From: Mobula hypostoma
Lineage: Eukaryota
Direction: 5' to 3'
DNA length: 64,000 nucleotides
Assembly: GCF_963921235.1 (NCBI RefSeq)
Contig: NC_086126.1
Coordinates: 17,670,001-17,734,000, forward strand
Shown here piece after piece: positions 63,397 through 64,000 of this stretch. Below the pieces are notes generated by a model. It had not been told where the DNA came from. It did no database searches and saw only the letters and a program-made list of their open reading frames with translations. The translations under genes were made by a program, and so were the position numbers. Numbering within the stretch: position 1 is the stretch's first letter; each line of letters opens with the position of its first letter.

Positions 63397-63616
63397 ACAC
63401 GAGACGATCTGCTGATGCTGGAAATCCAAAGCAACAGACACAAAATACTGGAGGAACTCAGCAGAACAGAAAGAGTAAAGAGTTGACACTTCAGGCCGAG
63501 ACCCTTCCATCAGATCTCAGCGTGAAGGTGCTCAGCCTGAAGCATCGACTCGCTACCCTTTCCCATTGATGCTGCCTGGCCTGCTGACTTCCTCCAGCAT
63601 TTTGTGTCTGTTGCTC
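63397..63616. mobile_element. Foldback PLE derivative
   Basis: GCAACAGACACAAAATACTGGAGGAA pairs with TTCCTCCAGCATTTTGTGTCTGTTGC; two opposed decayed hammerhead cores in the centre. Confidence 0.8.
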
Positions 63617-63767
63617 AGAATGAGGTGACAAGCATTCAGGATGGAAATGAGATGATATTACTTTAATCAAAGAACAAAGAACTTCTGTATTCCTTATATA
63701 AGTGATGTGGAGCCTCAGGTGCTGGGTTGAGTTAAAGCTGAGATCATTGTTCTCTGGGAGAGTTTTA

Positions 63768-64000
63768 CTCATAAGACCATAAGATATAGGAGCAGAATTC
63801 GGCCATTTTGCCTGTCAAGCCTTCTCTGGCATTCCCTTGTATCCCTTTGTGCCCTGACCAATTAAGAATCTATCAATCTCTGCCTATACCCAGTGATTTG
63901 GCTTCCACAGCTGCCTGTGGCAAAAAAAAATCACAGATTCACCACTCTCTGGCTGAAGAAATTCCTCCTCATCTCCATTCTGAAAGGATGCCCCTCTATT
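63768..64000 (-). mobile_element. CR1 3' end
   Basis: Homologous to 34857-35140. Confidence 0.75.

Overview
Eukaryotic, vertebrate-type genomic DNA. The repeat content suggests a cartilaginous fish, probably a ray; this is inference from the repeats, not a database result. Most of the window is transposable-element debris: many CR1 LINEs (several nested), two L1-clade LINEs, Rex/Babar-like LINEs, Neptune-type Penelope-like elements (PLEs), a Gmr1-like Gypsy element, three solo LTRs, a Tc1 relic and a probable non-autonomous Helitron. Host genes are four intact replication-dependent core histone genes with 3' stem-loops (H2B and H2A on +, H4 and H3 on -; no H1 seen) and three intact tRNA genes (Gly-TCC, Asn-GTT, Asp-GTC). 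There is also a tRNA-Asp pseudogene, a degenerate C2H2 zinc-finger exon and an orphan H4-type 3' end. Main observations: (1) a Gmr1-like element with a SCAN-like gag lies in sense orientation just upstream of the ZNF splice acceptor and is flanked by a 53-bp duplication of that acceptor; (2) PLE termini carry 36-nt minimal hammerhead ribozyme motifs, and short foldback derivatives of these termini recur; (3) one L1 has an apparent twin-priming 5' inversion. I cannot support a wholly new multi-gene system; most short ORFs in the track are TE fragments or shadow frames.
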